The notes under the pieces: generated by a model
Told to the model about the DNA's origin: nothing
The model's input: the letters and a program-made list of their open reading frames with translations, nothing else
The model's database searches: none
Assembly (NCBI GenBank): GCA_048882505.1
Contig: JBHLRO010000001.1
Coordinates: forward strand, 450,001-482,000
Source of the DNA: Candidatus Thorarchaeota archaeon
GTDB lineage: Archaea; Asgardarchaeota; Heimdallarchaeia; Hodarchaeales; Hodarchaeaceae
Length of the DNA stretch: 32,000 nt
Reading direction: 5' to 3'
Made by a program: the position numbers and the translations under genes
Shown here: one piece after another, positions 1 through 8,703 of the stretch
Numbering within the stretch: position 1 is the stretch's first letter
Layout of the letters: the number at the start of each line of letters is the position of its first letter

Positions 1-227
1 TTGATTACTGAATCGGAGTATTCTGAGCCTGGGAATGTATATCCAAAAATTCCATGACGAGCTCTATTTTCAAGAGCATCAATCACTGTTTGTGGAGTTC
101 GAAAATCCATATCCGCCACCCAGAGTGGTAAGAGATCTTCATGTCCGAAATGCTCTTTTAAAAAAGCAGGGTCCCATTTTACTGAGCCTGTTCCCGATCG
201 ATCAATGATTTCATCAAAGGAAGACAC
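1..227 (-). CDS. patB: MalY/PatB-family PLP-dependent C-S lyase/aminotransferase, N-terminal part (runs off the left edge)
   Basis: Not in the ORF track. Manual translation from GTG at 227: (M)SSFDEIIDRSGTGSVKWD...DLLPLWVADMDFRTPQTVIDALENRARHGIFGYT. The FDxxIDRxGTxSxKWD, WVADMDF and HGIFGY blocks are typical of MalY/PatB. GGTGA lies just upstream of the GTG. Confidence 0.88.
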   Translation of the reverse strand, partial: MSSFDEIIDRSGTGSVKWDPAFLKEHFGHEDLLPLWVADMDFRTPQTVIDALENRARHGIFGYTFPGSEYSDSVI

Positions 228-386
228 AATATGTCACCAGGTTAATCATTTCAGATATCTACCAATGTCTCAGAGTCTTCTTGAATAAGCATTGTTTATA
301 CCGAGATGATAGGGTTTATCAATCCACAATTTGCCTAAAATTATCAGAACTAATCTTCACAATTTCTGTTTAAAGGTGCTCTGATC

Positions 387-848
387 ATGGTTGATTTTAG
401 AAGTCTTCCAGATCCCATTTGGCGTGTATTAAAGCTCCCAGAACGATTATTCAGACTAGGATTTGGCCCCAAATTCGTCCTTCTTTTGACAACGATTGGC
501 CGAAAATCGGGACGACGCTATGTGACTCCCCTACAGTATGAAGAACAGAATGATGTTCTTTATGTTGCTTCGGCGCGAGGTAGAAAAGCAGACTGGTATC
601 GGAACATCAAGGCCAATCCGAATGTTGCAGTTCAAATTAAATCAAATTGTTTTCGGGGAATTGCGCACCAGATAGAACATCCTAAGCAAATCACAAAGTT
701 TTTGGAACTTAGGATCAAAAACCATCCTAGAATGATGGGAGTAATGCTTCAGGCCGAGGGCCTATCGAAATCTCCATCTCTCGTCGAATTAGAAACTCTG
801 GCAAGAAAGATTACTCTTGTAGGAATCACAAGACACATCGTGGCTTAG
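387..848 (+). CDS. Deazaflavin (F420)-dependent nitroreductase/quinone reductase family protein (Ddn-like)
   Basis: LLLTTIGRKSGRRYVTPL and ADWYRNIKANPNVAV match the Ddn/F420H2-dependent split-barrel family pattern; 153 aa. Confidence 0.88.
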   Translation: MVDFRSLPDPIWRVLKLPERLFRLGFGPKFVLLLTTIGRKSGRRYVTPLQYEEQNDVLYVASARGRKADWYRNIKANPNVAVQIKSNCFRGIAHQIEHPKQITKFLELRIKNHPRMMGVMLQAEGLSKSPSLVELETLARKITLVGITRHIVA

Positions 849-939
849 AAATGGTCGTACAATCCCGCCCTTACAATAAAGACAGAGAATTCTCTAGAAT
901 CATGGAATTTCTGGCAGACTTATTTGATAAAACCAAGTC

Positions 940-2454
940 CTATGAAAATTGGTTTCCAGATCTATATATATCCTGAGATCTAACATCAGATACTCTTCGA
1001 TATGAAATAAAAGCAGCTAATATTGCAAAAAGCGAAAATACAAAATAAGTTTGTCCTAAACTAACGTAATAACTCGAAACGTTTATTATTTCGCCAGTAT
1101 CGTTGATGGCATTGTTCATAATGAGAAACAAGCCGAAAAATGCAGAACTCAAAGTTGTACCAAGAGCGAATCCAATGTTACGAGAAAGCCCAATAAGCCC
1201 TGAAACAACGCTAACATCGGTCGTCGGTGCCATATTCATCACTGAGGTCCCGTTTGAAACTGTAAACGTGGTTAAAGATCCAGCTGAAAGTGCCACAAGT
1301 GGTACCAGAATAATCAAAATCTCCAAAAGGTTTATTGGAAAAACATTAAGTAAAATTGCAAGACACATCACAAAAAAACTCAAGAAGATTGCTCCAATTG
1401 TAGTGGATCGTCTAGCTTCAACTTTTTCTGCAAAGAATCCGGCAAACGGGCCCATAATCGCCATTGCGAGGGGAGGAACAACCATTAGGATACCTGCTTC
1501 AGACTGTGTAAAATCCAGAACATCTTGATAGTAGAACGGCAATAGGAAGATGACAGTATAATACACCATGTAACACAGGAAAGAAGAAGTTACTCCAGTT
1601 AGAATGGTTCTATCCCGTAGAATATCAACAGAAACCATCGGAGTTGGATGGTTACTCTCTATATAAATGAAAATTGATCCAAATACCGCTGAGATCAAAA
1701 TGAAAACACTTCCTACTAGATCACCATTAAATATCGTCAGGATGCCTTGAACCATTGCAAATACTGCTATCAAAAATGTTATCATTCCTATATAATCCAG
1801 TTTGGAACGTTTTTCAGTCGTTTCGGGTATGAAGAATTGGACAAGGAGGATCCCGATAATCCCAATCGGGGCGTTTATCAAGAAGATACTTGGCCACCCT
1901 ACATACTGGGTGAGTACTCCTCCTAACATGGGTCCTGTTGAAAGTGCAAATGCTACAACCACAGAATTGATCCCGATGGCTCGGCCTCTAATTGAGGGTT
2001 CCGTGTAAGTAATCACTAATCCCAATCCATTGGCCGTAAGCCCTGCACCTCCGATGGCTTGGATCGCACGAGAAAGAATAAGGATTTCCAAGGAGGGCGC
2101 AAAAGCGCAGAGGAGTGATCCAAAAACGAATATCAACATGCCTACTTGAAGTATTTTTTTTCTACCATAGTTGTCTCCTAATGACCCGCCAATTCCGATT
2201 ATTGAGGAAATAGTCAGTAAATACACAATTACTACCCATCTAATCCCCGATATATCTGTGTTTAGCGAATTTGCTATGGTAACTAATGAAACGTTAACAA
2301 TACTGCCATCCATCGCCGACATATACGTTCCGATGGAAGTAATGGGCATTAATCTACGTAACGGAATAAAGGAGTCCTGTTTTCTTGAAACTACGGCCTT
2401 AGGGACTTGATCAGCGCTCAATGTGATGGAAATCTCCTTGGGAGTGGCGCTCAA
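940..2454 (-). CDS. MFS drug:H+ antiporter, DHA2 (EmrB/QacA-like, about 14 TM)
   Basis: MDGSIVNVSL in TM1, motif A GSLGDNYGRKK, RAIQAIGGA, GPMLGGVLT and WPSIFLINAPIG; 504 aa, TTG start. Confidence 0.92.
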   Translation of the reverse strand: MSATPKEISITLSADQVPKAVVSRKQDSFIPLRRLMPITSIGTYMSAMDGSIVNVSLVTIANSLNTDISGIRWVVIVYLLTISSIIGIGGSLGDNYGRKKILQVGMLIFVFGSLLCAFAPSLEILILSRAIQAIGGAGLTANGLGLVITYTEPSIRGRAIGINSVVVAFALSTGPMLGGVLTQYVGWPSIFLINAPIGIIGILLVQFFIPETTEKRSKLDYIGMITFLIAVFAMVQGILTIFNGDLVGSVFILISAVFGSIFIYIESNHPTPMVSVDILRDRTILTGVTSSFLCYMVYYTVIFLLPFYYQDVLDFTQSEAGILMVVPPLAMAIMGPFAGFFAEKVEARRSTTIGAIFLSFFVMCLAILLNVFPINLLEILIILVPLVALSAGSLTTFTVSNGTSVMNMAPTTDVSVVSGLIGLSRNIGFALGTTLSSAFFGLFLIMNNAINDTGEIINVSSYYVSLGQTYFVFSLFAILAAFISYRRVSDVRSQDIYRSGNQFS

Positions 2455-2558
2455 GCCATATTTTAATCTTTGTTTATAGCCCTAAGGCCTTAGATTGAAC
2501 GCGCGATACTATATTTCACTGGGAAATTGGAGTTATAAGAGGGAAAATCATAGGAGTC

Positions 2559-3392
2559 CTAAGGGGCATTAGTTGGATCCCAACCTGTAATCAATTCCTC
2601 ATCGAATGATTCCAACCTAGACATGTCTTCTTCTGAAATTTCAAAATCAAAAACATTACCGTTCTCCTGAATTCTATCCTTCTTCGTGGATTTTGGGATA
2701 ACGATAAAGTCTTGCTGCAACGCCCAACGAATGAGAATTTGTGCGGGTGATTTTGAGTAGGTAGTTGCGATTTCCACGAGTTTTGGATCATTCAGTTTTC
2801 GACCTTTAGTGAGGGGACTGTAGGCCTCTAACGTGATGTTTTTGGATCGACAATAATCAACAACTTCCTTTCTATATAGATAGTTGTAAGGAGAAAGTTC
2901 GATCTGATTCACCGCTGGAGGAATGCTACAATCATCGAGCAATTCCTCTAGATGTCGACGCATATAATTACTTACGCCAATGGATCTACATTTTTCGTCA
3001 TCCACCAACGCTTCCATGGCCCTCCAAGTGTCAAGTCTTAACTTTTCCACAGGCCAATGAATTAGAAGAAGATCAATATAATCGAATCCTAACTTGTTTA
3101 GACTTTCACCACAAGCCTTTATTGCTCTATCAAAGCCGTGATCTGCATTCCATATCTTTGTGGTTACCCAGACATCCTCTCTAGGAATAGGGCTATTTTT
3201 TATCGCTTGTCCAACATCCTGTTCATTTCTGTAGATTTTAGCGGTATCTACATGAATATACCCCGCCTCTAAGGCGTACTTCACTGCATTTTGTGTCATG
3301 GGTCCACTAGGACTTCGATAAACACCCAATCCCATCCAAGGAATTTCAGTACCATTATTCAATTTTTCTTTGCTTTTTAATGTGAGATTCAA
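2559..3392 (-). CDS. Aldo/keto reductase (AKR5 / 2,5-DKG reductase-like)
   Basis: GYIHVDTAKIYRNE (catalytic D/Y), VTTKIW (K), DLLLIHWP (H), SIGVSNY, PAVNQIE, IPKS. TTG start preceded by a GAGGGAG SD-like sequence. Confidence 0.95.
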   Translation of the reverse strand: MNLTLKSKEKLNNGTEIPWMGLGVYRSPSGPMTQNAVKYALEAGYIHVDTAKIYRNEQDVGQAIKNSPIPREDVWVTTKIWNADHGFDRAIKACGESLNKLGFDYIDLLLIHWPVEKLRLDTWRAMEALVDDEKCRSIGVSNYMRRHLEELLDDCSIPPAVNQIELSPYNYLYRKEVVDYCRSKNITLEAYSPLTKGRKLNDPKLVEIATTYSKSPAQILIRWALQQDFIVIPKSTKKDRIQENGNVFDFEISEEDMSRLESFDEELITGWDPTNAP

Positions 3393-3485
3393 GGCATCTC
3401 CCTCTAACCGAATATGATTTTAATAAGACCTTTATCTTTCCCCTTCTTCATTGGTCCATCTATCTTAAATAACGGATTTTTTACT

Positions 3486-4523
3486 ATGTACCTACTAGTA
3501 AAGCTTGCTCGATTTATCACTCCTCAAGAGCAGGTTGAAATCTCTAATGAAATAGAGACAAGCTCCAATCAATTTATTACCGTAGCTCAGGTTAGAAATG
3601 ATAAATGGGCTCCAAAAAACAGATTAATTGTTAAACTTAGGGTAAAAACTACAGATAACCTATCTTTCAATTTAGAAAAATATGTCCAAACCCTTTTAAA
3701 AAAGCCTGGTCTTGTTAGTGCCGTTATCATTACTACAGATATGTATAATTGGGAATCTAAATCCTTCAGCATGCTGATTAGTGCTCTCACTGAATATATA
3801 AGTACAAATGAGCCTTTAGACTTCAATCTTGAGTTTGTCAGCATAGGAAAAGTACCATTCCATAGGAAGGCAATCATTGATAGACTAAAAAAGAGAAATT
3901 TGAGGTACTTAGAAGATAGTAACTTTGTATTGTACCTGGAAGCATTTAATACAAAAACCGCCAAAAAAACTAATACTCCTGTCATCCTATGCAGGATCGG
4001 AAAGAAGATTTCTCCGGTTGTCTCTCCAAAAGCTGTTTATTATAATTCTCTTCCCCAATTAGTGCTATATTCACCTTTTACGGCACAGGAAGTAGCTGAT
4101 TTCTTTCGTTTGGGATTAGCTTTCTCAATCCCAGTTTTTATTACTAACGAAAACAATCAGGCCAATGATCTGATAAAAAAAGTAAGTAAGAGATATTATA
4201 AGGGATTAGATAAGATTGAGTACCACATAACTCCCTCATTAAGTGAATTTCTTGAAGAATACGAGGAAACTTGTTTTGGGTTCTCATTGTGGGGAAACAA
4301 TCATGTAACCGAACTACCGAAGTTCATTGAACGTACTAAGTCATCTTCTTCAGGAAGAAAAGATATTAGTCTCATTTTTGGCAATGAAGAAACTGGGCTT
4401 CCATTATATGTAAGGAAAAAAATCCCTATGTTCCGCATTGGTGTTCGGACATCAGAACCTCTAAGAGCATCACATGCCGCAGCATATGTTTTGGGTGTAC
4501 TATTTTCTCGTAAAAAGACGTAG
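3486..4523 (+). CDS. SPOUT (SpoU/TrmH-like) RNA methyltransferase with an N-terminal, possibly THUMP-like, domain
   Basis: C-terminal knot motif LIFGNEETGLP followed by IPMFRIG...PLRASHAAAYVL. The open frame starts at 3414, but ATG 3486 (MYLLVKL) is more plausible because 3414 abuts the divergent AKR start. Confidence 0.7.
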   Translation: MYLLVKLARFITPQEQVEISNEIETSSNQFITVAQVRNDKWAPKNRLIVKLRVKTTDNLSFNLEKYVQTLLKKPGLVSAVIITTDMYNWESKSFSMLISALTEYISTNEPLDFNLEFVSIGKVPFHRKAIIDRLKKRNLRYLEDSNFVLYLEAFNTKTAKKTNTPVILCRIGKKISPVVSPKAVYYNSLPQLVLYSPFTAQEVADFFRLGLAFSIPVFITNENNQANDLIKKVSKRYYKGLDKIEYHITPSLSEFLEEYEETCFGFSLWGNNHVTELPKFIERTKSSSSGRKDISLIFGNEETGLPLYVRKKIPMFRIGVRTSEPLRASHAAAYVLGVLFSRKKT

Positions 4524-4983
4524 AAGTCATTTCTCAAGATAGGAAAAAATTAAAATTGGTACCCTGAATTTACGAGGCTTTTTCTGTGATATTGCTCTAT
4601 ATGCAAAGTCCTGTCGTCAAATAATAGTTTGAAGACATTTCAAGATGTCGTATAACCATCGGGTACGGTGAATTGAGAATTCACTGATCTTTTGATTCAA
4701 TTACTAACCCATATCTCGATTTGTCCGATACACCCCTCACGAGCAAAGGGCGAGGCCTTATGTGCTCCAATTTTTGCGTGGATGTATTAGAAGCCCGGAG
4801 AGGTCGATTTTTTGATGTCGGACAAATTCCGTTATGGAAAAGTATAAAATGATGACTTTCCAACATTAAATACCACCAGGACTTGGAGCATATGTCGCAA
4901 TAAATGTATTCGTAACAGATAGGTTGCTTCCTGTAATAGATTATCATCATTGGAATAAAAGAATATAGAGGACTAAATTACCA

Positions 4984-5664
4984 ATGTGGAAACAAAATAT
5001 CGTGAAACGAAAATTTATTGGCATTCCAGTCGTGCTAATTTACATAAACTTGGTTTTAATTCTTTGGCCGCATTTATATGATAAAGCTACTGTCCTGAAT
5101 TTGTTGACAATTCTATTATTCAATATATTTATGGCTGGAGATATATTATTTAGACCACTTTGGGTTGGGAAGGAAAGAGATCAGTTTAAGATGAGTACCC
5201 TCATTATTTTTCTTTTATTCTTTACCGTTCCTTTTCTCTTGTATTTTCCCTATATTGAGTACCAAGCATTCCTTCAGCAATTCATTCCATCTTCGATCAA
5301 TCTAGTGATGGGTATAATCGGCAATTTCGTTTTGCTGTGTGGTGGTATTCTAATGATTTGGAGTAGGATCCTCCTTGGACCTTATGGAACACCCAAGATC
5401 GTGATTAAAGACCACCATCAATTAATTACCAAAGGAATTTATCGATATATCCGTCATCCTCTCTACTTAGGCTACATTCTATTGTTATTCGGGTATAGTT
5501 TTGCTTTTAGCAGTTTTTTTTCTTCTTGTATAATCATTCTTATTGTGCTTCCGTTAACCAAAAGTAGGATGGATTTAGAAGAGAAACTACTTATAGCTAA
5601 CTTAGGAGAGAAATACAGTAACTACATAAAACATACAAACCGATTGATCCCCAAGATTTATTAG
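4984..5664 (+). CDS. Isoprenylcysteine carboxyl methyltransferase (ICMT/PEMT-like) family membrane protein
   Basis: Hydrophobic N-terminal helices, then HQLITKGIYRYIRHPLYLG and EEKLL...GEKYSNY...TNRLIP, the C-terminal signature of this family. Confidence 0.88.
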   Translation: MWKQNIVKRKFIGIPVVLIYINLVLILWPHLYDKATVLNLLTILLFNIFMAGDILFRPLWVGKERDQFKMSTLIIFLLFFTVPFLLYFPYIEYQAFLQQFIPSSINLVMGIIGNFVLLCGGILMIWSRILLGPYGTPKIVIKDHHQLITKGIYRYIRHPLYLGYILLLFGYSFAFSSFFSSCIIILIVLPLTKSRMDLEEKLLIANLGEKYSNYIKHTNRLIPKIY

Positions 5665-5761
5665 ATATTGTATATTTATGACTCTTGGAATGCGTGATGA
5701 AGCTGTTTGACGACACTATTTTCAAAATAAATCCCTAAAAATGATTCCTAGCTAATCATAA

Positions 5762-6172
5762 GTGTTTAGCATGTCTCTTGATGCTTTTTCTGTATTTATG
5801 CTCGCGCAGATTGTAAATTTCGGATTATTCTTCACTTTAAGTTTTGAGCATATGACAAAATATCGTTTAGTGATAGTTAAAAGATCCCAAGCGATTTTAT
5901 ATCTCTTCATTATTATTACGCAGGGGATTTATTTCATCTGGGCCCTTTCGTATACTTGCCTTCTTCCTTCCCCTGAAAATATAGATTTTTTCGTTTTCTA
6001 CGCTTTTTTCATCATAAGCACGCATTTTATTAGTATCAGTGTGAATATGATCAGACTTTATCGAACCCAAAAAGCGTTCTATGGATATAAAGCTAATAAA
6101 ATACCCTTTCGCATTTCTTTTGTTGCAGCAGTAACTGCAGTGATACTGGCGATCATTACTTCGCTACGGTGA
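5762..6172 (+). CDS. Hypothetical membrane protein (about 4 TM)
   Basis: 136-aa ORF with four hydrophobic segments. Start is GTG 5762 or ATG 5771. No family recognised. Confidence 0.65.
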   Translation: MFSMSLDAFSVFMLAQIVNFGLFFTLSFEHMTKYRLVIVKRSQAILYLFIIITQGIYFIWALSYTCLLPSPENIDFFVFYAFFIISTHFISISVNMIRLYRTQKAFYGYKANKIPFRISFVAAVTAVILAIITSLR

Positions 6173-6240
6173 ATTATATGCGATTTCTGAGGGAGAATGT
6201 TGCTGCAATAAAGCAAAAATGTCCAAAATGATCGCGAACG

Positions 6241-6275
6241 AAAAAAAAGAAGAAAAAAAGAGAGGGGGAGGAAAA
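6241..6275 (-). terminator. Oligo-U terminator of the actin gene
   Basis: On the minus strand, directly after the actin stop: ggttttcctccccctctctttttttcttctttttttt. Pyrimidine/U tracts are typical archaeal terminators. Confidence 0.6.
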
Positions 6276-6277
6276 CC

Positions 6278-7420
6278 TTAGATGGCTCGTTTCATAACGC
6301 CGGCGCCTTGTTCTTGGTATTCCTTGCGGGACACCCAGAGACGCTGAAAGGTTTTGAGGGACGAGAGGATTGAACCACCAATCCAAACGGAGTAACGGCG
6401 CTCGGGAGGAGCCACGATACGAATCTCGACGTTTTCAGGTACTAGTTCTGTAAGTTCCTTGTGGAGTCGCTCTTTCAGACCTGGGAACATGGTGGAGCCA
6501 CCAGAAAGAACAATGTTTTGATACAATTCCTTTCGCAGGTCAATATCACAGAGCTGGACTGCGTTGTAAATGGCTTCGTCCAAAGGAGTTTCTTCTTTCC
6601 CTAAAGCACTTGGATTAAAGAATGCTTCTGGGGCCAAGAATCGTTCTGGACCAATTGTCAAAGATTCTCCGTCAGGGAGGGTGTATTGTTTTTCCATCCC
6701 GGAAACTTTTTCAGCAAGCTTGAGTTCCTTTTCAGGATCCAGGGCTACATAACACAGTCGTTCTTTAATGTCCCGGACAATTTCTCGTTCAGCTGACGAT
6801 GTCAGGGCACGACCTCGGGTTCGCAGTAAACGGCGGAGATATTCGGTGATATCACGGCCTGCAATGTCTATACGACTAATCGCGTGTGAAATTGCAAAGC
6901 CTTCGTAAATAGGCACGATGTGAATAACTCCGTCGCCAGCGTCAATGACCAGGCCAGTAGTACGACCAGACGCATACAACGACAGCACAGCTTGCATGGA
7001 GACATACATCGCCGGAACGTTGAATGTCTCAAAGAGGATTTCAGCCATCTTTTCCCGGTTCTTAGCCGGGTTAAGAGGCGCCTCTGTTAATAACACTGGA
7101 TGTTCGCTGGGGTTGACCCGTAAATCATTATGGAAAGTATAGTGCCAAATTTTTTCCATCGCATCCCAGTCGGTGACGACTCCGTGAATAATGGGGTAGA
7201 TAAGTTTGAGAACACCCCGAAGATTCATGGCTTCCTCGCCAACATAATATTCACGTACATAGTGGTCAACGTCAGACATGATAGACTGATACTTAGGATA
7301 GCCAATCAGGGTCGGAAATACCGACCGAGGTTGGTCTTCGCCTGCGTAACCGTTTTTGCTTAAACCAGTACCATTGTCAATTACTAGCGGTTTACCAGTG
7401 ATTCCTTCAGCTACAGACAT
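6278..7420 (-). CDS. Asgard actin (Lokiactin-type), 380 aa
   Basis: [119 protein letters not shown] and [19 protein letters not shown] are colinear with eukaryotic actin. ATG 7420 (MSVAEG) is preferred over 7456. Confidence 0.97.
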   Translation of the reverse strand: MSVAEGITGKPLVIDNGTGLSKNGYAGEDQPRSVFPTLIGYPKYQSIMSDVDHYVREYYVGEEAMNLRGVLKLIYPIIHGVVTDWDAMEKIWHYTFHNDLRVNPSEHPVLLTEAPLNPAKNREKMAEILFETFNVPAMYVSMQAVLSLYASGRTTGLVIDAGDGVIHIVPIYEGFAISHAISRIDIAGRDITEYLRRLLRTRGRALTSSAEREIVRDIKERLCYVALDPEKELKLAEKVSGMEKQYTLPDGESLTIGPERFLAPEAFFNPSALGKEETPLDEAIYNAVQLCDIDLRKELYQNIVLSGGSTMFPGLKERLHKELTELVPENVEIRIVAPPERRYSVWIGGSILSSLKTFQRLWVSRKEYQEQGAGVMKRAI

Positions 7421-7463
7421 GTTTATCGCCTTAATTCTATAGTTCGAATTGAGCATATTTACA

Positions 7464-7520
7464 CCATATCTTGACCGAAACGATCAATGCAATCTCATAC
7501 ACCGTTTCGGTCAAATCTGG
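7464..7520 (-). promoter_or_regulatory. Long inverted repeat / stem-loop upstream of actin
   Basis: TTGACCGAAACG (7471-7482) is the exact reverse complement of CGTTTCGGTCAA (7503-7514). On the minus-strand RNA the stem extends by G-U and U-A pairs inward and about 5 more pairs outward. Confidence 0.8.
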
Positions 7521-7555
7521 CGTCAGTACTCAACGAAAGCAAGAGATCCATGGCT

Positions 7556-7580
7556 TTTTTAATTTAAAAATCTAACCTTT
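7556..7580 (-). promoter_or_regulatory. Candidate BRE/TATA promoter of actin
   Basis: The minus strand reads aaaggttagaTTTTTAAATTaaaaa, about 145 nt upstream of the ATG. Inferred from motif only. Confidence 0.4.
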
Positions 7581-8095
7581 CGACAAAAAAAAACTAAGAA
7601 GAGTGTTCTAAATCCAATATATGTCCAAAGGAGTTCCATCCGCCCCAGTTTACACGTTTAAGTGGCAATGTGCCGTGAAATGAACTTTAATTCCAGGTAA
7701 TTTTCCACAAAATGGAATAACGAGACGGTACAGGCTTCCTTGAAGGTATGGACGGGATAGCAACGATAAGAAGATGCTTTGTCCGTGGTTCGTGGCAAAA
7801 TGGGGACAAGTTCCGTGAAGAGTGGGGTTCCTCCTCTGGAACTTTTACGCATGGACACTGGATCTCAAACCATAATCTGGACCCATATGGAGCAAACCTA
7901 CGGCATAAATCCTGATAAAGTCTACTATTATGATGCATGACGGTTATGAGTCGGCTATGATGCACGGAGAACAGTTGATAGATGTTTAGCAATGGTTTAG
8001 CTAAAGGGAGCTAATTTTCCAGCAATTTTTGGAGAATAGTCTTTGACTGAAAGATATCTAAATCCTAAAACGGTACCAGTTGCTGAGGTTACGAG

Positions 8096-8497
8096 ATGAA
8101 GGATCCGAATATATCGTTATATGGAATCCTGCTTCTTATACCGAGCGTTATCCTTCTGAGGTTGGAATATTTCCATGCTGTGGACATTTACAGTATTTCT
8201 GGATGGAGAATTCACCCTGATAGGGAGTTAGCAATCCGCCTCGGTCAGCTTGCCAATTCGGTCGTCATTTTTCCCTCATTGTTTGGACGGATCATTCTGC
8301 TTACTGTCCTCGGATGGGCTGCTTCAATAGCCATACAGATGGGATCCTCTCGCACCCTACTTCACTGGAGCGAAGGTCTTTTTTGGCATCCTGTTCTTGT
8401 GGTAAACTTTGAGATCAAAAATGAATATGATCGAAAGAAAATTGAAGATTTCGTTAATAGTCTCAACCTCCCCAATATGATATATCAAGAACACTAA
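8096..8497 (+). CDS. Hypothetical membrane protein
   Basis: 133-aa ORF with ATG start, two to three hydrophobic segments and a charged C-terminus. No family recognised. Confidence 0.6.
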   Translation: MKDPNISLYGILLLIPSVILLRLEYFHAVDIYSISGWRIHPDRELAIRLGQLANSVVIFPSLFGRIILLTVLGWAASIAIQMGSSRTLLHWSEGLFWHPVLVVNFEIKNEYDRKKIEDFVNSLNLPNMIYQEH

Positions 8498-8676
8498 GCC
8501 GAAAGCGAATTATGCGGGGAAATTATCAGCCACAGTATCTATGACTGATGTTCGCTTAGTTCTAGTCCTGTTTTGGCTAGAAATAAAGAATTTAATACAA
8601 ACAATGTGTGAACAGACATATTCGTGTTAAAAATATCAAAAATCATATAAAGCAAAACGTCTTCTAAAATATAATG

Positions 8677-8703
8677 TTCCTCATATGTAGCTGATATGAG
8701 GAG
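8677..8703. promoter_or_regulatory. Inverted repeat overlapping the start codon of the 480-aa regulator
   Basis: TCCTCATAT-gtagctg-ATATGAGGA (8678-8686 / 8694-8702). The ATG at 8696 lies in the right arm. Confidence 0.5.

Noticed and set aside
4681-4950. 89-aa minus-strand ORF with a CxxC (CDIC), and a plus-frame DTPLTSKG resembling histidine phosphatases
   Set aside because: There is no second Cys pair in a Zn-finger arrangement and no RHG motif, and the plus frame is bounded by stops. Not supportable.
4984-7420. Possible functional link between the ICMT-family gene and actin (CAAX processing)
   Set aside because: The actin ends in KRAI with no Cys, the genes are convergent and separated by another ORF, and ICMT-family proteins are widespread in prokaryotes.
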